In this document: one piece after another, positions 8,971 to 17,567 of the stretch
Position numbering within the stretch: position 1 is the first letter of the stretch
Layout of the letters: each line of letters starts with the position of its first letter
Virus record (IMG/VR): IMGVR_UViG_3300027612_000021
Coordinates: 1-24,174 of that record
Length of the DNA: 24,174 nt
Reading direction: 5' to 3' (one strand)
Origin: a virus
Lineage: Duplodnaviria > Caudoviricetes
The notes under the pieces: generated by a model
The model's input: only the letters and a program-made list of their open reading frames with translations
Told to the model about the DNA's origin: nothing
Database searches by the model: none
Translations under genes and position numbers: made by a program

Positions 8971-10728
8971 CTAGCCTTGACAACTCAAACAGACATCATC
9001 GTCTAGAAAGTCCTTCAGCGCATTACGTTCTACTTGCATCCCAACCTTCTCTGCTGTAACGCCCGAAGTGGTGCGTAGGTAATATAGTCCTTTAAGGCCT
9101 TCTTTCCAAGCCTTGAGATGGACATGATTAACGACAGCCGCATACGAGCCCGATGGGAAGAATACGTTGACGCTCTGTCCTTGGCAGATAAACTCTTGTC
9201 GCATGGAGGCGTGTTCCACAACCCAGTTCTGGTCAATTTCAAACGCTGTCTTAAACGTATCTCTCTCACTGTCGGATAACCACTCCAAGTGCTGTACAGA
9301 GCCTTCATTCTCAATAATGCTTTTCCATGTGGCTTTCGTGTTCTTACCGTGCTCATCTAACACTGCCTCCAAGTACGGATTACGAATCGTATGAGATCCG
9401 GCCCTCGTCCGATGCACGTAGCAATTACTAATGCGAGGCTCAATAGAGGCAGAGCAACCGCATAAGATGCTACTGTTAGCGTTAGGAGCAATAGCCAGAA
9501 GATGCATATTTCTAACACCCGTACCCCTTCCATCAGGACATTCACCACGCTCAATAGCCAACTGGTATGTTGCGTACTGAGCTTGTTGTTTAATGTCTTG
9601 GAAGATTTTGTAGTTTTCACCAGTAGCCTGCCATGATTCCCAAGCTATGCCTTTGCCTTGGAGGTATCCGTGCCACCCCATTGCTCCAAGACCGACTGAA
9701 CGCTCTCTATATGCTGAGTAGACAGCTTTTCCAAGTTCTTCTGGTGCGTTGTCAATAAAGTATTGAATGATGTTGTCCAAGAATCGGATAAGGTCCCCAA
9801 CCATTCCGCTTGTTCGCCACTCATCGTATGCTTCAAGGTTGACTGAGGAGAGGCAGCAGACTGCTGTGCGTTCTTCATTTGTAGCGAGATGGATTTCATT
9901 GCAGAGGTTGCTACCGTTAATTGACAATCCAAGTTTCTTTTGAGCTTCCGGCATAGCTCGTCTGGCTGTGTCGATAAAGTTAAGGTAAGGGCTGCCAGTT
10001 CTGAAGCGAGCTTCCAATATTCGCTCCCAAAGTCCTTGAGCTTCAACTGTATCTCTAACAATTCCTGTATTTGGGTCGATGAGATTCCATTGCTTTCCAT
10101 TGATTACGGCCTCCATATATTCATCGGTGATGTTTACAGCGTTAAACAAGTTGTAGTTTTTGCGATTGATGTCGCCACCAGTAGGTACTTTAAACGATAT
10201 AAATTCTTCAATGTCAGGATGGCTTACGTCTAGGTAGGCGGCGTAGCTTCCCTTCCGTGTCTTCCCCTGTTTGTACGCAGTCATCTGACTGTCCACTACT
10301 TTCATGAACGGTATCGGACCGGGAGACTTGTCGCTGATACCTCTCACGTCCCCCCAGTGACCACCCACACCGCCGCCCTTTACGGAAAGCCATGCTACCT
10401 CAGAGTTATGCTCAATAAGGCTATCAAGACTGTCACCCACGTAAGTAAGGAAACAACTAATAGGCAAGCCCCTATTGCCTCTGCCATGTTCAGGTGCGTT
10501 CGACAACACAGGCGACGCAAACATAAACCAACCTTTTGAAGAATAGTCGTAAATCCTCTGTGCAAGGTCGAGGTCATCAGCGCAATAGGCCACTGCAGCA
10601 CGAGCAAAAGCCTGTTGAGGGCTTGTTTCATGCTCAAGCATATAGTATTCAGACATAAGCGTAAGGGCTTGGTCACTAAGGCGAGAGTCTCTTTCATAGT
10701 CAATCGTTATCCCAAGGTGTTGGCTCAT
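8971..10728 (-). CDS. nrdA: Ribonucleotide reductase class I alpha subunit (no ATP-cone)
   Basis: Motifs ISCF, KGGGVG, SNLCNEI (thiyl Cys), VCCLSS, APNANSS, GLYYLR and C-terminal CLSCQG. Start revised to MSQHLG (GGAG at 10735-10738). Confidence 0.95.
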   Translation of the reverse strand: MSQHLGITIDYERDSRLSDQALTLMSEYYMLEHETSPQQAFARAAVAYCADDLDLAQRIYDYSSKGWFMFASPVLSNAPEHGRGNRGLPISCFLTYVGDSLDSLIEHNSEVAWLSVKGGGVGGHWGDVRGISDKSPGPIPFMKVVDSQMTAYKQGKTRKGSYAAYLDVSHPDIEEFISFKVPTGGDINRKNYNLFNAVNITDEYMEAVINGKQWNLIDPNTGIVRDTVEAQGLWERILEARFRTGSPYLNFIDTARRAMPEAQKKLGLSINGSNLCNEIHLATNEERTAVCCLSSVNLEAYDEWRTSGMVGDLIRFLDNIIQYFIDNAPEELGKAVYSAYRERSVGLGAMGWHGYLQGKGIAWESWQATGENYKIFQDIKQQAQYATYQLAIERGECPDGRGTGVRNMHLLAIAPNANSSILCGCSASIEPRISNCYVHRTRAGSHTIRNPYLEAVLDEHGKNTKATWKSIIENEGSVQHLEWLSDSERDTFKTAFEIDQNWVVEHASMRQEFICQGQSVNVFFPSGSYAAVVNHVHLKAWKEGLKGLYYLRTTSGVTAEKVGMQVERNALKDFLDDDVCLSCQG

Positions 10729-10876
10729 CAAATTCTCCAGAAAGGCTTGAGTAATTGTTTTCAATAAGATCAGCGCAGCGATCAACGATGTCAGAAGAGG
10801 TAAGTTCTAGTAACTCTAGAAGTGTCACCTCTTCCAATTGTTTCAGCTTTTGTTTAAGTTCTTCAAGCGTTATCAT
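10700..10876 (-). CDS. Small acidic hypothetical protein (not in ORF track)
   Basis: Hand translation: MITLEELKQKLKQLEEVTLLELLELTSSDIVDRCADLIENNYSSLSGEFDEPTPWDND* (58 aa). Lies directly downstream of a consensus promoter and overlaps the nrdA start. Confidence 0.7.
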   Translation of the reverse strand: MITLEELKQKLKQLEEVTLLELLELTSSDIVDRCADLIENNYSSLSGEFDEPTPWDND

Positions 10877-10894
10877 TGGTTGTGCGAACCTACT

Positions 10895-10923
10895 ATTATA
10901 CTACAGTTTCTTGAAATTGTCAA
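10895..10923 (-). promoter_or_regulatory. Sigma70 promoter upstream of the nrdA/nrdB block
   Basis: Perfect TTGACA (10918-10923), 17 nt spacer, TATAAT (10895-10900). Confidence 0.85.
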
Positions 10924-11188
10924 CACTGAGTTTACGCATACGATGCCTTAAACGATCAATATAGAACTTAGATTTTGCAATATCTTCTAAACCGTTCTTA
11001 AACGGTGCTCTAATTAGATACTCTAAAGCCCTGTCCCAGTCTGAGTAATCTAGATGGGTCATGGAGGTAGTAGCTCCTATCTTAGATGCTAAAGCCTCTC
11101 TGATATCCATAACCTCCAACCCGTTTGGAAACTTGTCACAGTCTGTGTAGAGGATGTAATGCTTTGGAGAGTTTACATTATCAGTCAT
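10901..11188 (-). CDS. DUF3310 / T7 gp1.7-like protein (putative nucleotide kinase)
   Basis: Signature 'DNVNSPKHY...EYLIRAPFKNGLEDIAKSKFY'. Start revised to MTDNV, coupled to the upstream stop. Confidence 0.7.
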   Translation of the reverse strand: MTDNVNSPKHYILYTDCDKFPNGLEVMDIREALASKIGATTSMTHLDYSDWDRALEYLIRAPFKNGLEDIAKSKFYIDRLRHRMRKLSVDNFKKL

Positions 11189-11396
11189 TGTTGTTCTTTC
11201 CCTTGTAGTAGATGCCCATGTCACCTTCAAGGTCAAAAGAATAACCCCATGCGGCTTCAATCTGTTTAACCACATCACTTACCACTTCAGACCAATGCAC
11301 CTCATAATCATATTCACAACGAATAATCTGCTCTTTGCCATGCCCACGGAGTTCAAAGGTCATGCAAATATTGTCTTCATCGTCAAATGGATTCAT
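11181..11396 (-). CDS. Hypothetical protein
   Basis: 71 aa, ATGA-coupled. Confidence 0.65.
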   Translation of the reverse strand: MNPFDDEDNICMTFELRGHGKEQIIRCEYDYEVHWSEVVSDVVKQIEAAWGYSFDLEGDMGIYYKGKNNND

Positions 11397-11758
11397 TTCT
11401 TCCTTTCCTCTTTTGTCTTAACATCATGGCAAGCCTTACATAACACTTGAAGATTATCTTCTTCACAGAACAATGTCTTCACAAACATAGGCAGATCTTT
11501 GTAATCCTTCAAAGTACCTGCGGGTTTGATGTGGTCAACGTTCACCTCCGTAGACTTGTAGAGGCTGTTACAGCTTGCACATTCATACACCCATTTAGTG
11601 CGCTTATCCTTACCGCTGTAGGGCTTTTTTGCTTTGTCCATCACTTGATAACGGACAGGGTACTTAGTCCAAGCCCTGCGTAGTGCGGAGCGAATAAAAC
11701 TAAAGTACCTTGCCGTTGTCCAAGTGTTTCCGGCTTTGTTCTTAACGCCTCTGGTCAA
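11393..11758 (-). CDS. HNH endonuclease
   Basis: CxxC ... VDHIKP ... NLQVLCKACHDVKT. Confidence 0.85.
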   Translation of the reverse strand: MTRGVKNKAGNTWTTARYFSFIRSALRRAWTKYPVRYQVMDKAKKPYSGKDKRTKWVYECASCNSLYKSTEVNVDHIKPAGTLKDYKDLPMFVKTLFCEEDNLQVLCKACHDVKTKEERKK

Positions 11759-12447
11759 ACCACTGCTTCCATAGGAGGTTTGAACTCATCCTGAGTGCTG
11801 CGTAACATATACAATAAGCGGCCATTCTCCATAGCCCTGTCATTACCTAGCTTCTCTACAACAACCTCCCACATTTCAGATTCGGTTTTCCCTTCCAAAA
11901 GTTTTAAAGCTTTCTTAGGACCGATACCTTTAACACCTTTGATATTATCTACAGTGTCTCCTGTAAGGAACTGCATATAGAAATTAAGAAGTCCTTGTTC
12001 TTCAGAGATGTGGTATAAATTGCTCTTGACAAAGTTGTAGTGCCATCCCGGTACTTGATCTAAGTCTTTATCAAGGGACACAATCACTCCCTTTTCTCCT
12101 AACTCCGTAGCCTCAATAGCTACAGCGTCATCTGCTTCCATGCCATTCCAGATAACAGCCTCCCAAGAATGACAGAGGTAATCTCTCAACGCTTGGTAAT
12201 GCACCGGACGTTGGTTGTTTTTGCGATTACCTTTGTACTCTTGTGTAATTGCTACATCATCTCTGAAGTTACCTTTACCCGTTAAGTGAAGACTCCAAGT
12301 CTTACATTGCGGAAGGTCAAACAACAGCAGCTCTTCTAAGAAACCCGCCATCGTCCTGACAGCGGTTTCCTCAGTCTCTTCATTGGACGCAAACCCTATA
12401 CGATATACTAAGATGTCACTATCTATAATCGCATGGGTAAACTTCAT
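11755..12447 (-). CDS. 5'-3' exonuclease (T7 gp6 / FEN-like)
   Basis: IDSD, YKGNR, EADD, DKDL and GDTVDNIKGVKGIG (H3TH) motifs. Confidence 0.9.
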   Translation of the reverse strand: MKFTHAIIDSDILVYRIGFASNEETEETAVRTMAGFLEELLLFDLPQCKTWSLHLTGKGNFRDDVAITQEYKGNRKNNQRPVHYQALRDYLCHSWEAVIWNGMEADDAVAIEATELGEKGVIVSLDKDLDQVPGWHYNFVKSNLYHISEEQGLLNFYMQFLTGDTVDNIKGVKGIGPKKALKLLEGKTESEMWEVVVEKLGNDRAMENGRLLYMLRSTQDEFKPPMEAVV

Positions 12448-12869
12448 TACAGGCTCTCTTCTTCTACGTCTTCTAAAAGTTCATCAATAGAATTTTCAGC
12501 TTCGTATTTAATGAGATCCGTAATCACCATCTTAACCATTGTAGGGAAACGCCCATAGGAGTTCTCGTAATAGCTCATCATAGCACGTGCTTTAGAACCA
12601 TTACCTACTTCATCCCCTTCTACAGGGCTTCCGTCTGTGAAATATACCTGCATAGGTAGTTTAGATTTACAATGGATAAACTTACCCTTGTCATCTTTGA
12701 AGTTTACCTTGAGTCCAAGGTCTTCAAGTGCCTTGACAGAATCCGCATCCAAGTTTGTTAGGTCTACGTGATACATATCGTCAGCATACTTTCCTGTTGT
12801 GCGAGGCTTTACCAGATTGCCTGCCCACATAATTTCTGCTTCAATCTTTACCGATGGGTTTTTAGCCAT
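12447..12869 (-). CDS. Single-stranded DNA-binding protein (T7 gp2.5-like)
   Basis: 140 aa with 'VGNGSKA' and an acidic C-terminal tail, located between polymerase and exonuclease. RBS TAAGGAG. Confidence 0.7.
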   Translation of the reverse strand: MAKNPSVKIEAEIMWAGNLVKPRTTGKYADDMYHVDLTNLDADSVKALEDLGLKVNFKDDKGKFIHCKSKLPMQVYFTDGSPVEGDEVGNGSKARAMMSYYENSYGRFPTMVKMVITDLIKYEAENSIDELLEDVEEESL

Positions 12870-12899
12870 AAGTCATTCTCCTTAGTTGGTGACTTAAAT

Positions 12900-12928
12900 A
12901 GTATATTACATTGTGATACAATTGTCAA
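12900..12928 (-). promoter_or_regulatory. Sigma70 promoter for the SSB gene
   Basis: TTGACA (12923-12928), 17 nt spacer, TATACT (12900-12905). The spacer contains the inverted repeat ATTGT-gat-ACAAT. Confidence 0.85.
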
Positions 12929-14574
12929 TGTGTCTCATACCAGTTATGCCCTATCTTTGATTCAGCTTCTATCGGGCATAAGAAGCCTAAGGTGTTCCCT
13001 GCTTTGAGAGCAGAAGACACCATAATATCTGCTACTTCTTGACTGAATCTCTCCTCCGTTTCTATCTGTATTTCATCATGTACAAAGGCTACTTGCTTGA
13101 CAGGTATGCGACGTTTCTTAAACGTTTGATGTGCCTCCACACACCACTGCTTAGCTATAATAGCCCCACAACCTTGTAGAAGTGAATTAAGTGCAGCGTA
13201 GTCGTTTCTTACAAAGATGCGTCTACCGTCCAAACCAATAACATATCCTTGGTCTGCTTCCGCCCTCACTCTATCCATTAAATCTTTTAAGCTAGGGGTG
13301 TTGTCAAAGAATCTTGTTAATATTTCTTGACCTTCCCTAGCTCCGCCTCCAACAATGCTACCAACCTTCGCAGGACCTGCTCCATAAAGAACCGCATACT
13401 GCATAGTCTTTGCCTGTGCTCTAGTTTCTAGCCCTGCAGCTTGTTGGTTCTTCGTATGAATGTCCCCGTTAAGGAGTTCCTTTGTCCATTCTGCATCGGC
13501 CATATAATGAGCAAGACAGCGTAGCTCAATACCAGACAGATCACTACCGACTAAACAATTACCTTTGTCAACAGTAAACAAACTACGGCAGTCAATTCCA
13601 TAAGGTTTAGATACAGAAGGTACTTGTCCTAAGTTGGGATTGCGATGAGCCATACGCCCTGTAATGGTTCCTATGGTGATGATTCCTCCATGAATACGAT
13701 CTTCAGATGTTGCGTTCTTTAACCAACTATCTAACAGACCTACACGTTTTTGAATCATTAAGTATTCACCAATGAGCTGAGCCTCTTCCATCTCAATCCC
13801 TGATAGGATCGTTTCATCTACCTTCGGCTGCCCAGTTTCTGTAAATTGTTTGGGCTTCCATCCTAGACCCTGTAGACGTTCAGAGATCTGCTGACGACTT
13901 CCGGGATTAAACACTGTCACCTTGTCCTTTAAACGTTTCCCTGTCTTCTCAGACCAACGCTCTTCAACAATAGGCGAAAACACTTCCTGCATTTGATCTT
14001 CAATAGTTGCCATTCTGTCAACAAGTTTAGCGTGTAATATTTCCGCTTCAGCACTATTAAATTTAAAGCCGTTACGCTCTTGTTTAGCACATATAATCGC
14101 CACTTGATGCTCAAGATCAATAGCTTTCTCAGGCTGCTTCCATTCTGCGAGGCGTTTTGTAAGTATAGAATAGAGTCGCACTGTGACTGCAACGTCCTTC
14201 TTGCAGTATGTAAGCATCTCATCTGTCAAGCCTCCATCATAATCATCAAAGTCTAATTTATGTTCGCTAAGTTCTATACCCCAACTCCTAAGACTGTGGC
14301 CTCCTTCACGGACAGGGTTTAGAAGTCGGGAAAGCACTAACGTATCGACAGCTTTAGATGCAGGAACAGCAACGCCCCACAGCTCAGATAATTTAGGGCC
14401 ATCAAATCCAATGATGTTATGTCCTATAATCTTGTCATAGCTTTTAAACAGATCACTTAAGCCTTCGGAGGAAGTGTACACCCACACCTCACCTGACGTA
14501 ACGTCTTGACAGACACAACACCAGATATGGTTTAGTGCGCTGTTTGTTTCTATGTCAATTACGAGTTGTTTCAT
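12925..14574 (-). CDS. Family A DNA polymerase with 3'-5' exonuclease (T7 gp5-like)
   Basis: ExoI DIET, ExoII HNIIGFD, ExoIII YCKKD, motif A DLSGIELR, motif B RAQAKTMQYAVLYG, motif C VHDE. Start probably MKQLV (14574); 14592 is possible. Confidence 0.95.
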   Translation of the reverse strand: MKQLVIDIETNSALNHIWCCVCQDVTSGEVWVYTSSEGLSDLFKSYDKIIGHNIIGFDGPKLSELWGVAVPASKAVDTLVLSRLLNPVREGGHSLRSWGIELSEHKLDFDDYDGGLTDEMLTYCKKDVAVTVRLYSILTKRLAEWKQPEKAIDLEHQVAIICAKQERNGFKFNSAEAEILHAKLVDRMATIEDQMQEVFSPIVEERWSEKTGKRLKDKVTVFNPGSRQQISERLQGLGWKPKQFTETGQPKVDETILSGIEMEEAQLIGEYLMIQKRVGLLDSWLKNATSEDRIHGGIITIGTITGRMAHRNPNLGQVPSVSKPYGIDCRSLFTVDKGNCLVGSDLSGIELRCLAHYMADAEWTKELLNGDIHTKNQQAAGLETRAQAKTMQYAVLYGAGPAKVGSIVGGGAREGQEILTRFFDNTPSLKDLMDRVRAEADQGYVIGLDGRRIFVRNDYAALNSLLQGCGAIIAKQWCVEAHQTFKKRRIPVKQVAFVHDEIQIETEERFSQEVADIMVSSALKAGNTLGFLCPIEAESKIGHNWYETH

Positions 14575-14977
14575 GCTTTTCCAAATACTCAACGGCTTTC
14601 CTTACACGATCAACATTATCGTTGAAAGCTCCCAAGCCTACATTGCAATGATGACATACCCAACCCCTAAATGTTTCAGTCGTGTGGCAGTGATCTAGCA
14701 CCCAGTTTTGCAGCCTAGTCTGTCCATGCTGCGCTATCTCTTCTAACTCACGTTGGCATATAGGGCAATTGTAATTATCATTAGGATAAGGATGTGCTTC
14801 ACGTAGTTCTTTAATCAATCTTGACTGATTCCTAGCACAACTTCTGCACTTCCTTTTGATTTCACCTGAAGCCATCTGTTGAAACTGCTCCGTTGGCTGA
14901 ACAACACCACAGTTTTTACACATGATACCATCCTCAAACTTAGGCACTTCTAAGTCAAATAGCTCCTTCTGCTTCAA
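14555..14977 (-). CDS. Endonuclease VII-family nuclease with N-terminal Zn finger
   Basis: CKNC..CRSC, then CPIC...LDHCH..FRGWVCHHCNVGLG. Confidence 0.85.
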   Translation of the reverse strand: MKQKELFDLEVPKFEDGIMCKNCGVVQPTEQFQQMASGEIKRKCRSCARNQSRLIKELREAHPYPNDNYNCPICQRELEEIAQHGQTRLQNWVLDHCHTTETFRGWVCHHCNVGLGAFNDNVDRVRKAVEYLEKHETTRN

Positions 14978-16587
14978 ATGAGGTCCTCGTTCAGTTCTCT
15001 CATACGTCCTGTGTCGTGATTATAAAGCAATGCACAGGCTTTACCAGTGATACCACTGAAGCGATTCTTCAACACCCTGATGTAAGTGGTGTTACGTTCA
15101 CTGTCATCGTCATGCTGTCCGTTACGCTCCAAGCCTATGACGATATTGCTGAGGTGTGCAATAGAACCTGTCCCTCTAAGTTGGGCTAAAGAGGTGACAG
15201 CACCTTCCTCATGCCCTTTACCTTCAGGACGTTTGAGATGTGATACAGCAATCAAGGCTATGCCTGTCTCCTGTACAACTTCTACAAGCTCGTGCATTAA
15301 GTGGTCTAAGGCGTGACGTTCATTATCCTTCTCCTTACCAACAACGATAGATACGTGGTCAAGGAAAATGTACTCACACTGAGCCACCTTAGCCATGTAA
15401 CGTATTGTTGAGATGATGGAGTCAACATCTGACGCACCGTAGTGATCAAACATATAAAACCTATCAGTGCCTAATGTAGCGTCGTAGGCTTTCTTCTTCT
15501 CAGCTTCAGTGTGCTCTGTGTCAGGTAAGTGTAATGGCTTATTGGCTGCAATAGACATTAAGGATAAGCCTGTATTACGTGTAGGCTCTTCCATAAACAA
15601 CAGCCCGATATTGGACTCTGTACTCTGCAGTACATGATAGATGATCTCTCTGAGGAACTGGCTCTTACCTAAGCCAGAGCCTGCTGTCACCATTACCATC
15701 TCACCTTTACGGATGCCATAAGAAAGCTTGTTTAGGCCCTCATACGGATAATAACAGTCTGCCTTGTTCAAGGGCTTCATCACATCATCATATAACGTAG
15801 AGCCTGCTACAACACCCTTCGGTGTCCAACGGGATGCCCTAAAGAAGTTGGTGGTAAATGTCTCACGCTCGTTAGAGCTTAAATAATCACAAGCATCTTT
15901 AAGATTGGCAGGATGATGCATTATATGTGCTTTGTGGCTGAAGATCTCTGCACATCGTTCTTGGGCTGCATGGCCTGCTTCGTCGTTGTCAAAGCAGAAC
16001 ACCACCTTCTTAAACGTATCTAGATACTTGAAGTTGTGCTCAATGTCTTTGACTGCCGACTGCGCTCCAGACCTCACAGAGACTACGGCTTTACGCCCTC
16101 CTAGCATTTGATGTGCAGCTAAAGCATCTAGCTCACCTTCAACAATCAGGATTTCGTGCTGCCCTCCTGAGAACCTGCTCTGACCAAACAATTCCTTATC
16201 TGCACTGAAGACACCCTCAATCGTAAACTCCTTCTTCCCAGACTTACGTATCTTGTTGGCTGTAGCATATGGGAACACGAGGTCATCGCCTCTATATCCA
16301 ACACCATAATGCTTACAGGTGGCGGCATTGATCTTACGCTCTGCAATATCCTTGAATGATAGCCCCTCAGAGCCACTGTAAGGCCCTGTATCAGACGATC
16401 TCATAGGAAGGGATACAACGGTATTATTTCGTGTATCTCCTACGGCTACAGCGTTGCTTTGTTCAATCTTCTCTGGAGGGATGTTGCGTCCACAACTAAA
16501 GCACTTCCCCCATCCCTTATCATCTATACTCATTGCATCACTGCTGTCACAGACGACACAAGGTAAATGTTGCTCTACGAAGGCCAT
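14974..16587 (-). CDS. DNA primase-helicase (T7 gp4-like)
   Basis: Zn finger CVVC/CFSC, TOPRIM VEGELDA/FDND, Walker A AGSGLGKS, FLDH, LRGTGSI, KNRFSG. Confidence 0.95.
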   Translation of the reverse strand: MAFVEQHLPCVVCDSSDAMSIDDKGWGKCFSCGRNIPPEKIEQSNAVAVGDTRNNTVVSLPMRSSDTGPYSGSEGLSFKDIAERKINAATCKHYGVGYRGDDLVFPYATANKIRKSGKKEFTIEGVFSADKELFGQSRFSGGQHEILIVEGELDALAAHQMLGGRKAVVSVRSGAQSAVKDIEHNFKYLDTFKKVVFCFDNDEAGHAAQERCAEIFSHKAHIMHHPANLKDACDYLSSNERETFTTNFFRASRWTPKGVVAGSTLYDDVMKPLNKADCYYPYEGLNKLSYGIRKGEMVMVTAGSGLGKSQFLREIIYHVLQSTESNIGLLFMEEPTRNTGLSLMSIAANKPLHLPDTEHTEAEKKKAYDATLGTDRFYMFDHYGASDVDSIISTIRYMAKVAQCEYIFLDHVSIVVGKEKDNERHALDHLMHELVEVVQETGIALIAVSHLKRPEGKGHEEGAVTSLAQLRGTGSIAHLSNIVIGLERNGQHDDDSERNTTYIRVLKNRFSGITGKACALLYNHDTGRMRELNEDLI

Positions 16588-16799
16588 TACTGGTTGTCTC
16601 CTAGTTTGTTGATAGACTTGACAAGTAGGTCTAAGTCCTTTTCCTCTACATATTCACATAGCTTGCTTAAGTATTCGTACAAGCCCCAACTACGAATGTA
16701 TTCAGCATTAATACACATTGCTGTGTGCAATGCAATCTCTTGAGCTGTCACGTCTAACAATTCGTAGTCGTCTTCTTCAAAGTCTTCTCTGTTCATCAT
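16587..16799 (-). CDS. Hypothetical protein
   Basis: 70 aa, AAGGA upstream, TAATG-coupled to the primase. Confidence 0.7.
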   Translation of the reverse strand: MMNREDFEEDDYELLDVTAQEIALHTAMCINAEYIRSWGLYEYLSKLCEYVEEKDLDLLVKSINKLGDNQ

Positions 16800-16949
16800 A
16801 ATTCCTTTGTAGTTCTTTAACAGTCTAAAAGGGTCTAAAGAGTATTCGTAGTGTATTCATAGAACCTTTACTATAACGTTATTGAAGACTTTATAGAGGT
16901 CTATATAATATACTATATAGTAACTACCACGGATCATCTTCAAAGTCAA
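16800..16949 (-). promoter_or_regulatory. AT-rich palindrome-containing intergenic region with possible promoter (origin candidate)
   Basis: TTGACT (16944-16949), 17 nt spacer ending in TGG, TAGTTA. Palindromes TACTATATAGTA (16911-16922) and ATAACGTTAT (16873-16882), plus tandem GTCTAAA. Confidence 0.45.
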
Positions 16950-17112
16950 TCACATCTTGTATATTTATATTGTCAGCGTTATCAATGACTTGTACATCGT
17001 CTTTAATATGTTTGTAACAGTCATTACACAGGTCTACATACTCATTAGTCTGTACTGACTTCCGTGTACTTTCGTAGTCTGTCAATGTAATGTCACAAGC
17101 CCTACAACGCAT
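16924..17112 (-). CDS. Small Zn-finger protein
   Basis: CRAC...CNDC, 62 aa. Confidence 0.7.
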   Translation of the reverse strand: MRCRACDITLTDYESTRKSVQTNEYVDLCNDCYKHIKDDVQVIDNADNINIQDVIDFEDDPW

Positions 17113-17167
17113 ACCAATACCTATCCAAGAACAAATAAACTATTTTATCACAACCAAGTGATGTTGT

Positions 17168-17434
17168 CTACTTCCAAGGTTTTGTGATAGACCAGTGTAA
17201 GTATGGGACAGCACCATTGTAGCTGCTAATAAAGCCTGAATCGGCTTGATTACGTCTTTTAACCTTTATCCCAAACCTATCTCCATAACGTTGTATGAAG
17301 TTGTTGACTGCTCCATAGTTTCTTCCAACAGCCTCTGCTATGTCCTTTAAAGGTACATCAGCAGCTCGCAAACGCTTCACTGTTTCAATATCTTCATCGG
17401 ACCACGATACAGATCCCTTACCCCATCTTGCCAT
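17168..17434 (-). CDS. Helix-turn-helix protein (GcrA N-terminal / Myb-like)
   Basis: 'WSDEDIETVKRL...LKDIAEAVGRNYGAVNNFIQR' pattern. AAGGAG RBS. Confidence 0.65.
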   Translation of the reverse strand: MARWGKGSVSWSDEDIETVKRLRAADVPLKDIAEAVGRNYGAVNNFIQRYGDRFGIKVKRRNQADSGFISSYNGAVPYLHWSITKPWK

Positions 17435-17567
17435 TACGCTTCTCCTTCTCTTTAGTGTATTTATCGTTGTTGGACCTTAACCAACACTTAGCACATGAAT
17501 AGAAACTATCCTGCTCTACGACATCTGCTTTACTATTGCAATAGCTACATTGCTTCTTACTTGTCAT
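17418..17567 (-). CDS. Small Zn-ribbon protein (not in ORF track)
   Basis: Hand translation: MTSKKQCSYCNSKADVVEQDSFYSCAKCWLRSNNDKYTKEKEKRNGKMG* (49 aa), two CxxC pairs, AAGGAG RBS. Confidence 0.7.
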   Translation of the reverse strand: MTSKKQCSYCNSKADVVEQDSFYSCAKCWLRSNNDKYTKEKEKRNGKMG

